Shown: in pieces, positions 30,106 through 44,567 of the stretch
How the letters are laid out: each line of letters starts with the position of its first letter
Position numbering within the stretch: the stretch's first letter is position 1
Source of the DNA: the human T2T-CHM13v2.0 reference genome, Homo sapiens
DNA: 64,000 bases
NCBI RefSeq assembly: GCF_009914755.1
Contig: NC_060925.1
Reading direction: 5' to 3' (one strand)
Notes under the pieces: generated by a model
Told to the model about the DNA's origin: nothing
Database searches by the model: none
Seen by the model: only the letters and a program-made list of their open reading frames with translations
Position numbers and translations under genes: made by a program

Positions 30106-30605
30106 TTTTACCCTAAGGGTAAGAGGAACATCGCCTCCTCGAGGGCTCTCCAGGTGTGCCTTTCACAGCGTAATCCTGTTCACGAAACCAAAAATCAAAA
30201 CTAGGCCACTGCCCACTGGTGGCTGATACGCCCTTTTCTCATCAACAGAACCGGGAGGAAGGGCTCTGGTGGGGCTGGCGGTCCCCTGTTCTCCCCGCTC
30301 AGGTGCGGCGCTGTGGCAGGAAGCCACCCCCTCGGTCGGCCGGTGCGCGGGGCTGTTGCGCCATCCGCTCCGGCTTTCGTAACCGCACCCTGGGACGGCC
30401 CAGAGACGCTCCAGCGCGAGTTCCTCAAATGTTTTCCTGCGTTGCCAGGACCGTCCGCCGCTCTGAGTCATGTGCGAGTGGGAAGTCGCACTGACACTGA
30501 GCCGGGCCAGAGGGAGAGGAGCCGAGCGCGGCGCGGGGCCGAGGGACTCGCAGTGTGTGTAGAGAGCCGGGCTCCTGCGGATGGGGGCTGCCCCCGGGGC
30601 CTGAG

Positions 30606-30655
30606 CCCGCCTGCCCGCCCACCGCCCCGCCCCGCCCCTGCCACCCCTGCCGCCC
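30606..30655. promoter_or_regulatory. Sp/KLF GC-box array (G-quadruplex-prone on - strand)
   Basis: cccgcctgcccgcccaccgccccgccccgcccctgccacccc: several CCGCCC boxes and more than four C3+ runs. Confidence 0.7.
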
Positions 30656-30688
30656 GGTTCCCATTAGCCTGTCCGCCTCTGCGGGACC

Positions 30689-30700
30689 ATGGAGTGGTAG
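30689..30700 (+). other. uORF M-E-W-stop in strong Kozak context
   Basis: accATGGAGTGGTAG, ending 13 nt before the IL6R ATG. Confidence 0.75.
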
Positions 30701-30713
30701 CCGAGGAGGAAGC

Positions 30714-30798
30714 ATGCTGGCCGTCGGCTGCGCGCTGCTGGCTGCCCTGCTGGCCGCGCCGGGAGCGGCGCTGGCCCCAAGGCGCTGCCCTGCGCAGG
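30714..30798 (+). CDS. IL6R: IL6R coding exon 1 (signal peptide MLAVGCALLAALLAAPGAALAPRRCPAQ)
   Basis: ATG at 30714 (agcATGc); 85 nt encode the recognisable IL-6 receptor alpha signal peptide; donor G|GTAAGG at 30799; phase 1. Confidence 0.98.
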
Positions 30799-33700
30799 GT
30801 AAGGGCTTCGGGCGCACCTGGAGGGCTGGGGCAGCTAGCGGCTGGGGGAAACCGCCTTGGTCACCGCAGTCTGTGGGAGGCTGGAGGGAGGAAAGGAGGT
30901 GCGACGGATCCCCTTTTCTGTGGCTGCCTTGAGGCCCCGCGGGTACCTAGCTGTGTGGTCGCGGGTAGTGGCTCTTGCGCCCCCTGCTGCGCTTGCTCCC
31001 TTGGTCCGGAGCGCTCCCCGGAATGCCCGGTGAAGCTGTGCGGGAACCCTGCGGTCTGTGTACAGGACTGTGTCCTTGCAAACCTGACTCTCGAGCTTCC
31101 TTCCCAGTGCCCCCAGGAGCCTTTACACAACCGCGTCCCAGGTTACTCTAAGGGGAGACTGCCCGAGAGGGCGCGCCCCAGCGGGGTGATGTACCCGCCT
31201 GGGGAGTCCTTTGTACCAGCGCCCCTCTTCTCCCTCTGCATTGGGGGTCCACCTCGCCTGGTCCTCCCCCCACCCCCGCGGGTGCATGTGTGGATGACAG
31301 TGCCCTGACTATGAAGGGACTGACATCACGGGCGCTGAGTCACGGATCTTCCCGCTGCACGGAGTCACTTTGGCAGCCACCAACTCTGGGAAGCCAAGTG
31401 CCCCAGTCCTGGGAATTGAGTCGGGAGGCTGGCAAGGGAGTGAGACCTCCTGGGGCTGGCACGTGCTGGACTCCCCTCTAGAAAAGAGAAGGACCCGTGA
31501 GGGAGAGGGCAGAGGCACTTACTGCTCCCGTTGACTGTAATCTGCCCCTGGCAAACCAGGCTTTTCTTGGGCTCTGGCCGCATGCCCAGCTGCGTGTCTA
31601 GTCTCTCTTCTGGAAGAGTTGGGCAACTGGCTCTCCAGAGGTTTATTTTAGGGTCCCAGTGCTTCTTTGAGGACACAGCAGAAAACTAAGGGGCAGCTGA
31701 CAGGCTTCTGGAACAGCTGACAGGCTGGGGAGGCTGAAGGCTAAGACTTTCAACCACTAGATCACACTGAATTCCAGTCCTAGGTGAACACTGATCTCTC
31801 CCTTTGAGGAGGTGACTTTCTGCAACTAGAGGCTGAGCTGGAGTGTCTGAGGCTCTCTTTGCTTTTTGGATGGTTGTGGTCCTTATGATTGGAAGAAAAA
31901 AAGAAGGGATTCCATTTTCAATACACATTTATAACTCCTGCCAGTAACAGACACTGTTGATTGGGGCACCCATTCAATGTTTTCTAATCCTCCACTGTAT
32001 CTACATATAACTTTGTTTGAAAGAGGAGACTGAGGTTCAGGGAGGTTGGGATGGCGGGATGGCAGGTTGTCAGGCCCCGGTGATGGAGGCCAACCCCTCC
32101 CGTGGCTCTGTGCTCCAGTGTGGTAGATGTCTAAGACTCTCAAATATAGAACTAGATCAGCAGGCAGAGCTGGGGGCATTGGGGCAAGCTGAGAGTCACT
32201 CTTGTCTGGCTGAGTGCTGGGACAGAAAAGGCTGAGGGAGGGAAGTGGAGGCCCAGGCTTGCCCATGGTGGTGTTAGAGGGATGCAAGACAGGTTCCAGG
32301 GCTCGGATGGCCTCAGGAGCAAGCAGGGCTCCCTTGGCTGCCTCTGCTGCTGTCACGCCAGCCCAAGGCTCCTGCCCCAGGGAGGTTACTGTTACTGCTG
32401 TAGTTGCCACCACCTGTTGCTCCTGAGTGGATGCTAGGCCCTTCCAGGGCAGCCAGTTACAGTCAGTTTTCCATTTCCCTGGTGCTCAGGAAGGATTAGG
32501 AGAGGTGGTCTCATGGCCTGAACAGCCCATGAAAGGCAGAACTGAGAGACTGGGGAGGAAGTGAAAGTCCTCCCAGCTCAGAAGGAAAATGCAGAGAAGT
32601 AGAAATACCCAGCCCCTCTCCCACACCCACACAGACTCAGCCCACAAACTGGAGAGTAAAAATAAAGAAATCGTACAGGAAGCATGGAGCAAATGACTGT
32701 GAGATGTTTCGCTTTAGAGAAGTGAGGAGCAGAGGGGGAGCAGAGGCTGGAGTTGGCTGAGAGGGGAAATCCGCAGGTACAGCCTGCGGGGCTCTTAGAG
32801 CCCAGAGGTTTGTTTTCCTCGGGATCAGCTGCCGCCCACACACCCTGGAGCTGCCAGGACTTCTCAGGTGTACTCGTTGTCTAAGGGCCTGGACTAGCTG
32901 GGACTTAGGCTTCTGCCGGTTCCAACACTCTGGTGCTGGAAGGCTGGACTTGGGTGACTCAAGTTCCCTCTTCCTACTGCAATGCAAGAAAATACACAAA
33001 AGAAGTATGTATACCTTTAAGTATCTCAAAGAGCTATCTCAGCTTCTGAATTTCCTTCTAGGGCACCTCTTCCTGCCCCCATTACCCACACACATGCCTA
33101 GCCTCACCCTAAATCAGTATTTCTCAAAAGCTTAGTTCTGAGCCTAGCATCAGATCTGGTGTGTGTGCTGGGTGGGAGGGCTTTGGTAAACATGATGATT
33201 TTTGAACCCTAACCCAGATTTATTAAATAAGAACACCTAGGAGTGAGGCCTGGGGCATGTCCTTTTAAACAAACTGCCCCTTGTGATTCTTAGGCACTGT
33301 CAGGTTTGAGGACGGCTGCCTAAATGGTGTCATTGAGGAACTGAATGAAGGCCCTCCCGCTTCGGGCTCTCTGTTGCCAGAAATCTCTCCTTGCTTTGGC
33401 TTGCTGCTTGTTTATTCATTGCAGCAAACATTTCTTGAGTCGGTGTAGAGCCTGTGAGGCCTGTGTAGGATCAGCTATGCAGACTCCACCCTAAAAGGAG
33501 CCTGAAAATGGTCATGGGTAAATCCTGAGAAGGGCTGAGAAACCCCAGACTCTGACCGGGCCACTGGGTACCAACTACCCGTGAACAGATTGTCTGGCTT
33601 GGGGTAGGGGGTGGTTAGAGAGAGGAAGTTCCTCTGACTGAGGACCAAGATCCCAAGGCAGCAGGCACACTGATCCTGACCCTGACCCTCATCTCCAGCC

Positions 33701-33889
33701 CTCAGCAGCCAGGGTAAACAAATACTCCCCTCACTGGGTATTTGTAGATTACACAAAGTAACCTAGGTGCTGACTGCTGAAAATATACACTCCCTTCCCC
33801 CGTCTCCTGAATCCTGGTCCCACCAGGCCTGGAAGCCACAGACCCAGCAAGCAAAAGAGTTTCCAGTCAATGAATCTAGTCTGGATTGA

Positions 33890-34378
<489 letters not shown>

Positions 34379-35375
34379 GGCTAGAGTGTTAACCAGTTTC
34401 TTCCAGAGGTTTTCTGTTCTCTTTTCCTTTATCCCCCTCTGCCTTCTGCTCTCCTCCACCTGAACACAGCTCATTTTGCATAGGTGATGGCTAAGGTCTT
34501 CAAGCCAGGCACATCTCTGCCCTGCACTGCCAAGTAAAAATGATAACACCTTGGGCAAGTGATTTAACTTCTTTGACAGCCAGTGTTCTAGAAAATAGAA
34601 ATAATTGTATTACCTCGAAGGGTGGTTATGAAGATGAGATGAGCTAAGTAAGGTATTAAATAGAGTGTTTACAGAAGTCCCTAACACACAGCAAGTGCTT
34701 AAATAAGTGTAGGTGATCATTCATTCACTCCAAAAATATATTTTTGGAGTGAACACCTCCTACTCTGTTCCAGGCACTATTCTAAGAGCTGGAGATACAC
34801 CATGAATAAAAGAGACAAAAACCCCAGGCTTAGTTGAGTTTCATTCTAGTGTGGGAGACTATTAACAGGATGTAAATTAAGTATGTGGTATGCTAGCGAC
34901 TAGTGCTAAGGAGAAAAACTAAAGCCGAGAGGGAGACAGACCCCATGTGTGTTTGTGGCAGGGTGGGGTGGCATGGTGCCTTGGATGGGAGGCCAGGGAA
35001 TGCCTTGCTGAGAACATAATATTTGAGTGAAGACCTGAAGAAAATATACAAATCTCTAGAGATTCCCTATATGTCCATCTTGGGCAGGAAAATTCTTGCC
35101 TCCTCTTTAACAATGTGTACTACCTGAGGGTGTGTTATGTTCTGGAGCAGAGGGCTCTGTGGGGACACATGGATGCTCCCTGCCCTGGAGAAGTATCTCT
35201 GGGGTAACAAGTCCTCAGCCCTTTAGCTCCTTGAAGTCTAGCAGAGGGAAGTGCTAAATGCCAGGTCATAACTGCAAGTCTGCAGGTGGGATCCTTGAGG
35301 GCTGGAGTGGCAAGGGGAAGGTGACAAAGAAAAGGCCTTTTTTTTTTTTTTAAATACAGGATCTTACTCCCGTAG

Positions 35376-35561
<186 letters not shown>

Positions 35562-36110
35562 TAGGCTCAAGCAGTTCACCCGCCTTGGCCTCCCAAAGTG
35601 CTGGGATTACAGGCGTGAGCCTTTGTGTCCAGCTGGGAGGTTTTTTTGTGTAGTTAATCTGTGTTCTTTACCCTCTCCTCTTGCCTGGGATCTGAAGAGG
35701 TCAAAAGTCCCTGGCAAAGGCAGAGGCTTTTCTGCCACTGGGTTCAGGCTTGACGTTAGCTGGACCTCAGCAGCCTCCCCCACTCCTGCTCATCCCTTGC
35801 CAGCTCTGTCGGGTGCTTTCTACTCTTAGGAGTATGTCCCTGAGGCCCTGCATCCAGCCTATTCTCCCCAGCACCTGTTCTCTGAATCAGTTCCCACTCC
35901 ACTTCCCAACCGCTTTCCCGAAAAGCATCCTTTGGTCTTCCCTCTCTATATGATGGTTACAATAACTGTTACCATTTATGGTGTGTCAACTGTGTGCAAG
36001 TAGCTGTGCTAGGCCCTTGGCATCTGTGATCTCATGTAATCTTCAAAACAGCCTCAGGTGAGAGAAGTGCTGGCCCCATTGCATAGATGGTGGGCTGTAG
36101 GACAAGATGA

Positions 36111-36368
<258 letters not shown>

Positions 36369-37010
36369 TGACCTCAAGTGATCTGCCTGCCTCGGCCTCC
36401 CAAAGTGCTATAGGATTGCAGGCATGAGCCACCGCGCCTGGCCGCAACGAGACAATCAAGAGAAGATGCTGATAAGGAGTTGGATATGGGAGTCAGGAAT
36501 TTGGGAATGAGGACTGAGCTTGAGATGTAAATGTGGGAGTCGTGTGCTGGCAGATATTATTTCAAGCCCTGAGAGTGGCTGAGGTCCCCCACATCTATTC
36601 ATATGCCTTTGGTCAGTGGAATGTTTTGCAATCCACATCACTATAAATGAATTTCCTCTGTCTCTGAGAGAGGCCGCTGAGGTAGCAGAGAGAAAACAGC
36701 TTTGAGGGCAGGCAGTCCAGGCCTGTCTCCCCATTAACTGCTTCACCAGCTAGGGGACCTTTGGGCAAGTCACTACAAGCTTTAAAGTATAAAATACTTT
36801 TTGAGGCCGGATGTGGTGTATCATGTCTGTCATCCCAGTGCTTTAGGAGGCCAAGGCAGGAGGATCACTTGAGCCCAGGAGTTCGAGGCTGCAGTGAACC
36901 GTGACAGCAACACTGCACTCCAACCTGGGTGACAAAGCAAGACCCTGTCTCAACAACAACAACAACAAAAGTATAAAATACTGTAACAGACAAAAATGCA
37001 TGCTTGATAA

Positions 37011-37251
<241 letters not shown>

Positions 37252-37314
37252 TGATCTCCTGACCTTGTGATCTGCCCACCTCGTCCTCTCAAAGTGCTGG
37301 GATTACAGGTGTGA

Positions 37315-37678
<364 letters not shown>

Positions 37679-38014
37679 TAATGTGAGGACTTTCTCCCAG
37701 AAAAGGAGAGAGAGGCACTAATGCAGTGGGGATAATAATTAAAATCGCTTAACATTTTTTTTGAAAGATTAGGTATGTTCTGAAAATAGTGCTGAGGTTT
37801 TTGCATTAATTATCTAATGTAATCCTGACAACATTTGAAGTACCTATGGTTATTATTTCTATTTTATGGATGAGAAAAGTGAGGCCTAGAGAGGTTGAGA
37901 AACAAGCCCAAAGTCACACAGCTAGTGAGTGACTGAGATAGGGTTGGAACTTGGGTATATCTGAATCCTGGGCTTGACCTGTAGACCCCTGCTCCTGTGG
38001 ACTAGGAAATTTAA

Positions 38015-38397
<383 letters not shown>

Positions 38398-39339
38398 TGA
38401 TGGATGTTTAGTTGTTCCCTTCTTGCTCTTACGGCCCCTGCTGTGGGGAATAACTTTGCATATGCCTCTTGTTGTGTGAGTGCAAGTACACCTGCAGGAT
38501 ATATTCCCCGAAGGGGAATTGATGGGCAAAGGCCATGAGATTTGTCATCGTGAGACAGAATAGAAGTTGCACCAATTTATACTTCCAGCAGCATTGTGAG
38601 AATGCTTGTGTCCCTATGCCCTTGCCAAAAGTGTACTATTAACCTGGTATCTACACAGACAATGGCGTCTGTGTGGAATTAATTTGCATTTATCTTATCT
38701 GAATAAGATTGTATGGGTTTTTTAATGTATAACTGACATTTGCATAATCTACTATGACCTGCCTGTTCATATTCAATGCTAATTTTATTTTGATTGGGTC
38801 ATTAATCTTATTGTTTACAGGAGCTCTTGACATATTAACATGTCATACATGACTTTTTTTTTTTTTTTTTTGGTGGTGGGGGTGGTTTTTGCCAAGAAAT
38901 TTCTTTTTTTCCATCTCTCTCTCTCTCTCTCTTTCTTTCTCAGGGTCTCACGGTGTCACCCAGGCTGGAGTGCAGTGACATGCTCATGGCTCACTGCAGC
39001 CTCAATTTCCTGGGACTCAAGCGATCCTCCTGTCTCAGACTTCTGAGTATGAGGCTCAGACTCAAAAGATTGGGGCTTTTACAGGTGCACACCACCACAC
39101 TTGACTAGCCTTTGTATTTTTTGTAGAGACGGGATTTTGCCATGTTGCTCAGACTGGTCTCAAACTCTGGGTTCAAGCGATCCTCCCTCCTTGGCCTCCC
39201 AAAGTGCTGGGATTACAGGTGTGAGCCACTGCGCCTGGCTGCAAATTTTTTTTTCCAACTAGTTGAATTTACCAGTCTCTTTTATAGCTTCTAGGTTTTG
39301 TGTCATACTTAATAACATCCTTCCCATTCCAATATTTTA

Positions 39340-40301
<962 letters not shown>

Positions 40302-42456
40302 CCCATTCCAATATTTTAAAAGATTCTCCTTTTCTGGTATTGTTAAAAGTTTTAAAAGTTTAAATATTTGATCCATTTTGAATTTATTAATATTATGGAT
40401 GAGGTATGAAGTCTGACTCCAGCTTTTTCTTTCCAGTTGTCACCTGACATCTCTTTACAGTTTATTGAATTCATCTTTCCCCCACCAATTTTCAAAGTTA
40501 CATTTTAAATCTACCAAATTCCTGTATACTTGGGTTTATACGCCTCTTGGCATAGCGAGTAGTTAAAAGCACAAATTCTGAGGCCCAATTGTCTGGACTT
40601 GAATGCAGGTCACCCCTAATTAGCTATATAACCTCAGTCTCTTCTTCTGTCAAATAGACTATTGAGAAGATCAAGTTAGTTAATCTATGTAGCACACTTA
40701 GAAACTGCCTGTATGTGTAGCAAGCACTTAGACTAAGTTATTTTTTTAATGTGGTAAAAACACATAATATAAAATGTATCAGCCGGGTGCAGTGGCTCAC
40801 ACCTGTAATCCCAGCACTTTGGGAGGCCGAGGCAGGTGGATCATTTGAGGTCAGGAGTTTGAAACCAGCATGACCAACATGGTGAAACCCCATCTCTACT
40901 AAAAATACAAAAAGTAGCCAGCTGTGGTGACAGGCACCTGTAATCCCAGCTACTCCGGAGGCTGAGGCAAGAGGGGAGGCAGAGGTTGCAGTGAGCCACG
41001 ATTGTGCCACTGCACTCCAGCCTGGGCGACAAGAGTAAGACTCCATCTCAAAAAAAAATAAAATAAAATAACCATTTTAAAGTATACAGATCAGTAGTGC
41101 AGACTAAACTATTTTTTATTTTTATTAGTTCTGAACTTTCTAGTCTCTTCCATAATTTGGTCTCCCTATTCATGTGCCAGTATCGCACTGTTTTAATTAT
41201 GTAGTTTTATTTTTTCCTTCCTATTTTTTTAGAGGAAGGGTCTCACTCTGTTGCCAAGGCTGGAGTGCAGTGTCTCGATCATAGCTCACTGCAACCTTGA
41301 ACTCCTGGACTCACGCAATCCTCTTGCCTTGGCTTTCTGAGTAGCCAGGACCACAGGTGCATGACACCATGACTGGCTAATTTAAAAAAAAATTTTTTTT
41401 TTTTTTTTTGTAGAGATGGAGTTTTGCTATGTTGCCTAGGCTGGTCTTGAGCTCCTGGTCTCAAGAGATCCTCCCGCCTCAGCCTCCCAAAGTGTTGGCA
41501 TTACAGGCATGAGCCACTGCACCTGGCCAAGTAAACTTTAGAGATTAATTAGGGAACACTGATGTATTTTTAATGCCGAGTCTTCCTATCTCTTGGTAGG
41601 CCTGATGGGGCTTATGATGAGGGAGGAGGAGCTGGGGCAGGAGAGCCCGACATTCAGGTCTCACTGAGGGGAGATGTGCCCAGGACACTTCCACTGGAAC
41701 TGCTTCCTTGATGGTGATGTGGAGTGAGCTGGACCAGTGTGTGCGTGCATGTGTCTACCCAAGCTCATGGCACATGGGGGAGCGGAGGGGGTGGGGATGG
41801 CTCTGCAGTGATTGGAATGCAAGAGTGGGGACTTTGGGGCCTGTATGAAAAAGTGTTATGGCAGAGTGACACACCTACGAAAGAGTGTGGTCAGCATAGG
41901 CCTCACACTGGGTGGGTTTTTACAAACTGAACACATGCATGGAACCACCATTCAGAATAAGAACTGAACAGAAGCATCCTCAGGGGAGCCCTGAAATCCC
42001 CCTATGCACACCCCTCAAACCTCCCCTTATCCCTCCCAGCTGCTCCATCCACACCTCCACGTGACTTCTTAAATCTTCAGCTTTGCTGCCTCATAGCTAA
42101 GGGGGTCAGGGAGGGGAAGCTGGGGGGTCTGTAGATATGGAATGGGGGTGCGTACATCAGGTCCCTCCCTCTCCCTGCCCTCCTGCCACCTTCCAGAAGC
42201 ACATAAAAAAAATCTGACTGAGGGCCAGCCTCTTTGTTATACTCTGAGACTGTGCTCAGAGATAGAAGACAAGACCCCTAGGCCATGCTTCTGGGAAGGC
42301 AGAGGGCTGCGTGTTAAGCCTGGACCGAGAGTCCCAGAGCCCAGCTCCGGTCCTGACACCATGCACTGCTGTGTGACTTCTGGGCCCTGGTTCTCCTCAT
42401 CCACCAAAATGAGCAGGTTGGCCTGAGTCGTCCTTAAGAGTCCTGTATAGCCTTAA

Positions 42457-43051
<595 letters not shown>

Positions 43052-44567
43052 TGATCCGACCTTCTCTGTCTCCCAAAGTGCTGGGATTACAGGCGTGAGC
43101 CACTTCACCCGGCCTAATTTTTGTATTTTTTGGTATGGATGGGGTTTCACCATTTTGGCTAGGCTGGTCTTGAACTCCTGATCTCAGGTGATCCGCCAGC
43201 CTCAGCCTCCCAAAGTGCTGAGATTACAGGCGTGAGCTGCCGCACATGGCCTTAGATATCTTTTCCTCTAATTAGTTTATAATCTCTGAGAGTTGACCCA
43301 GGTTGTACCTTCTTGGACTGGAGCCAGGTGGTTATCTCTGATGCTGCCAGAGGAGGATTAGATGTTTTATCTCCTGAGTTGGTCACACGCGCACGTGGGT
43401 CTCTGAGTCAGCATTGAGCATTACCTGTTTATGGGTCCAAAGGAGCCTCCCTCCCAGACCCTCTCTCCAGCAGTGTACAGTCCATCGTGTGGATGGGAGG
43501 AAGGCAAGGCCAAGGTAAATACTGACTCAGACAAATACAAGCAGGTACAAGAAGTACAAATACATATGTGGGGGAGGAGGGAGCAGGGGCCTGCCAGCCA
43601 AAGCTAGTCATCTGAGAAGAGGGGGTTGCGGACAGGTGGGGCTGGGAGCTGAGTCAGAGAAGGTTGCTGGGCCTCCCATTAGAGCCTGGGAGCCTTGACT
43701 TGCCGTAGCCTGCGGCCTTGCCTCTTCCTGGACAGTGGCCGAGGGTGCCCTCTGAAATGTTAAGGAGAAATGAATGGGCCCAGATGGTGGGGTGACTTGG
43801 GGAGGACGCGAGATTTGGAGTCCAAGGGGAGGCAGTTTTAGGCTCTAACTCATCCTATACACGCTGCGGCTGTGGGGGAAGGGAGAGAAAGGCCAAGGGC
43901 ACGACTCCTGGCTCCTGAGAGTCCCCAGTGCCCCATTAGGTTGGCAGCTGCAGTGATGGCGCTGACCCCCCCTTGTGCACACCCCTCAAGCCTCAGCATT
44001 CCCTTCCCTGGGCCTCTGAAGGGTGGAAAGATGTGAGAAGAGCAGGGAAGAGGAGAGGAAATTGGGAGAGGGGGAGAGAGAGGGTGGTGGGGAGCCCAGA
44101 GAAGGGAGCTGGGGGTGGAGCATGGAGAGGTACCTGGGCCAAGTAGAGAGAGGCTTTGGCCAGGCTCATCTGGGTCCAGCGTGGATTCCCTCATGCATGA
44201 GCTGTGTGAATTTGGGCAAGTTCCCTAACTTCTCTGATCTCTTGTTGCCTCAACAATGAAATGGGGACAAGACTTCCTCCCTGGCAGACTTTTTGTGAGT
44301 AGTGTGCTCTTAGGGAAAGCCCAGGGCGCAGGGTAAGTGTCCCAGTTGCTAATGATTGTTATGGTTATTATCACATCAAAGCCAGGAGCCAGTCTCAGTC
44401 CAAAGATGGAGAATGCAAGAACAGGTGACCAAGAGCACTGGGACTTGTCCTAGCCCTCGTGGGACCAAATTCTATACTTGTTTCCATGTGGACACAAGGT
44501 GTCCACAGGCTTCTCCTGGAGGCTTCTCAGCACCCACCTACTTTTAGATCAAGACCATTATTGCTGA

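Larger units (their letters stand above)
30270..31360. promoter_or_regulatory. IL6R: IL6R CpG-island promoter / 5' UTR / start of intron 1
   Basis: Sharp rise in GC and CpG content; no obvious TATA box; ETS core CAGGAAG ~30317; AP-1 TGAGTCA at 30464-30470 and 31336-31342; TGACATCA at 31321; tandem GC boxes at 30606-30655. Boundaries approximate. Confidence 0.9.

Noticed and set aside
30313-31308. 331-aa ORF over the promoter
   Set aside because: Non-ATG start, out of frame with IL6R, crosses the splice donor; long open frames are expected in a CpG island.
44010-44120. Purine-rich, G-run-containing tract
   Set aside because: Irregular long loops; weak G4/triplex candidate with no other support.
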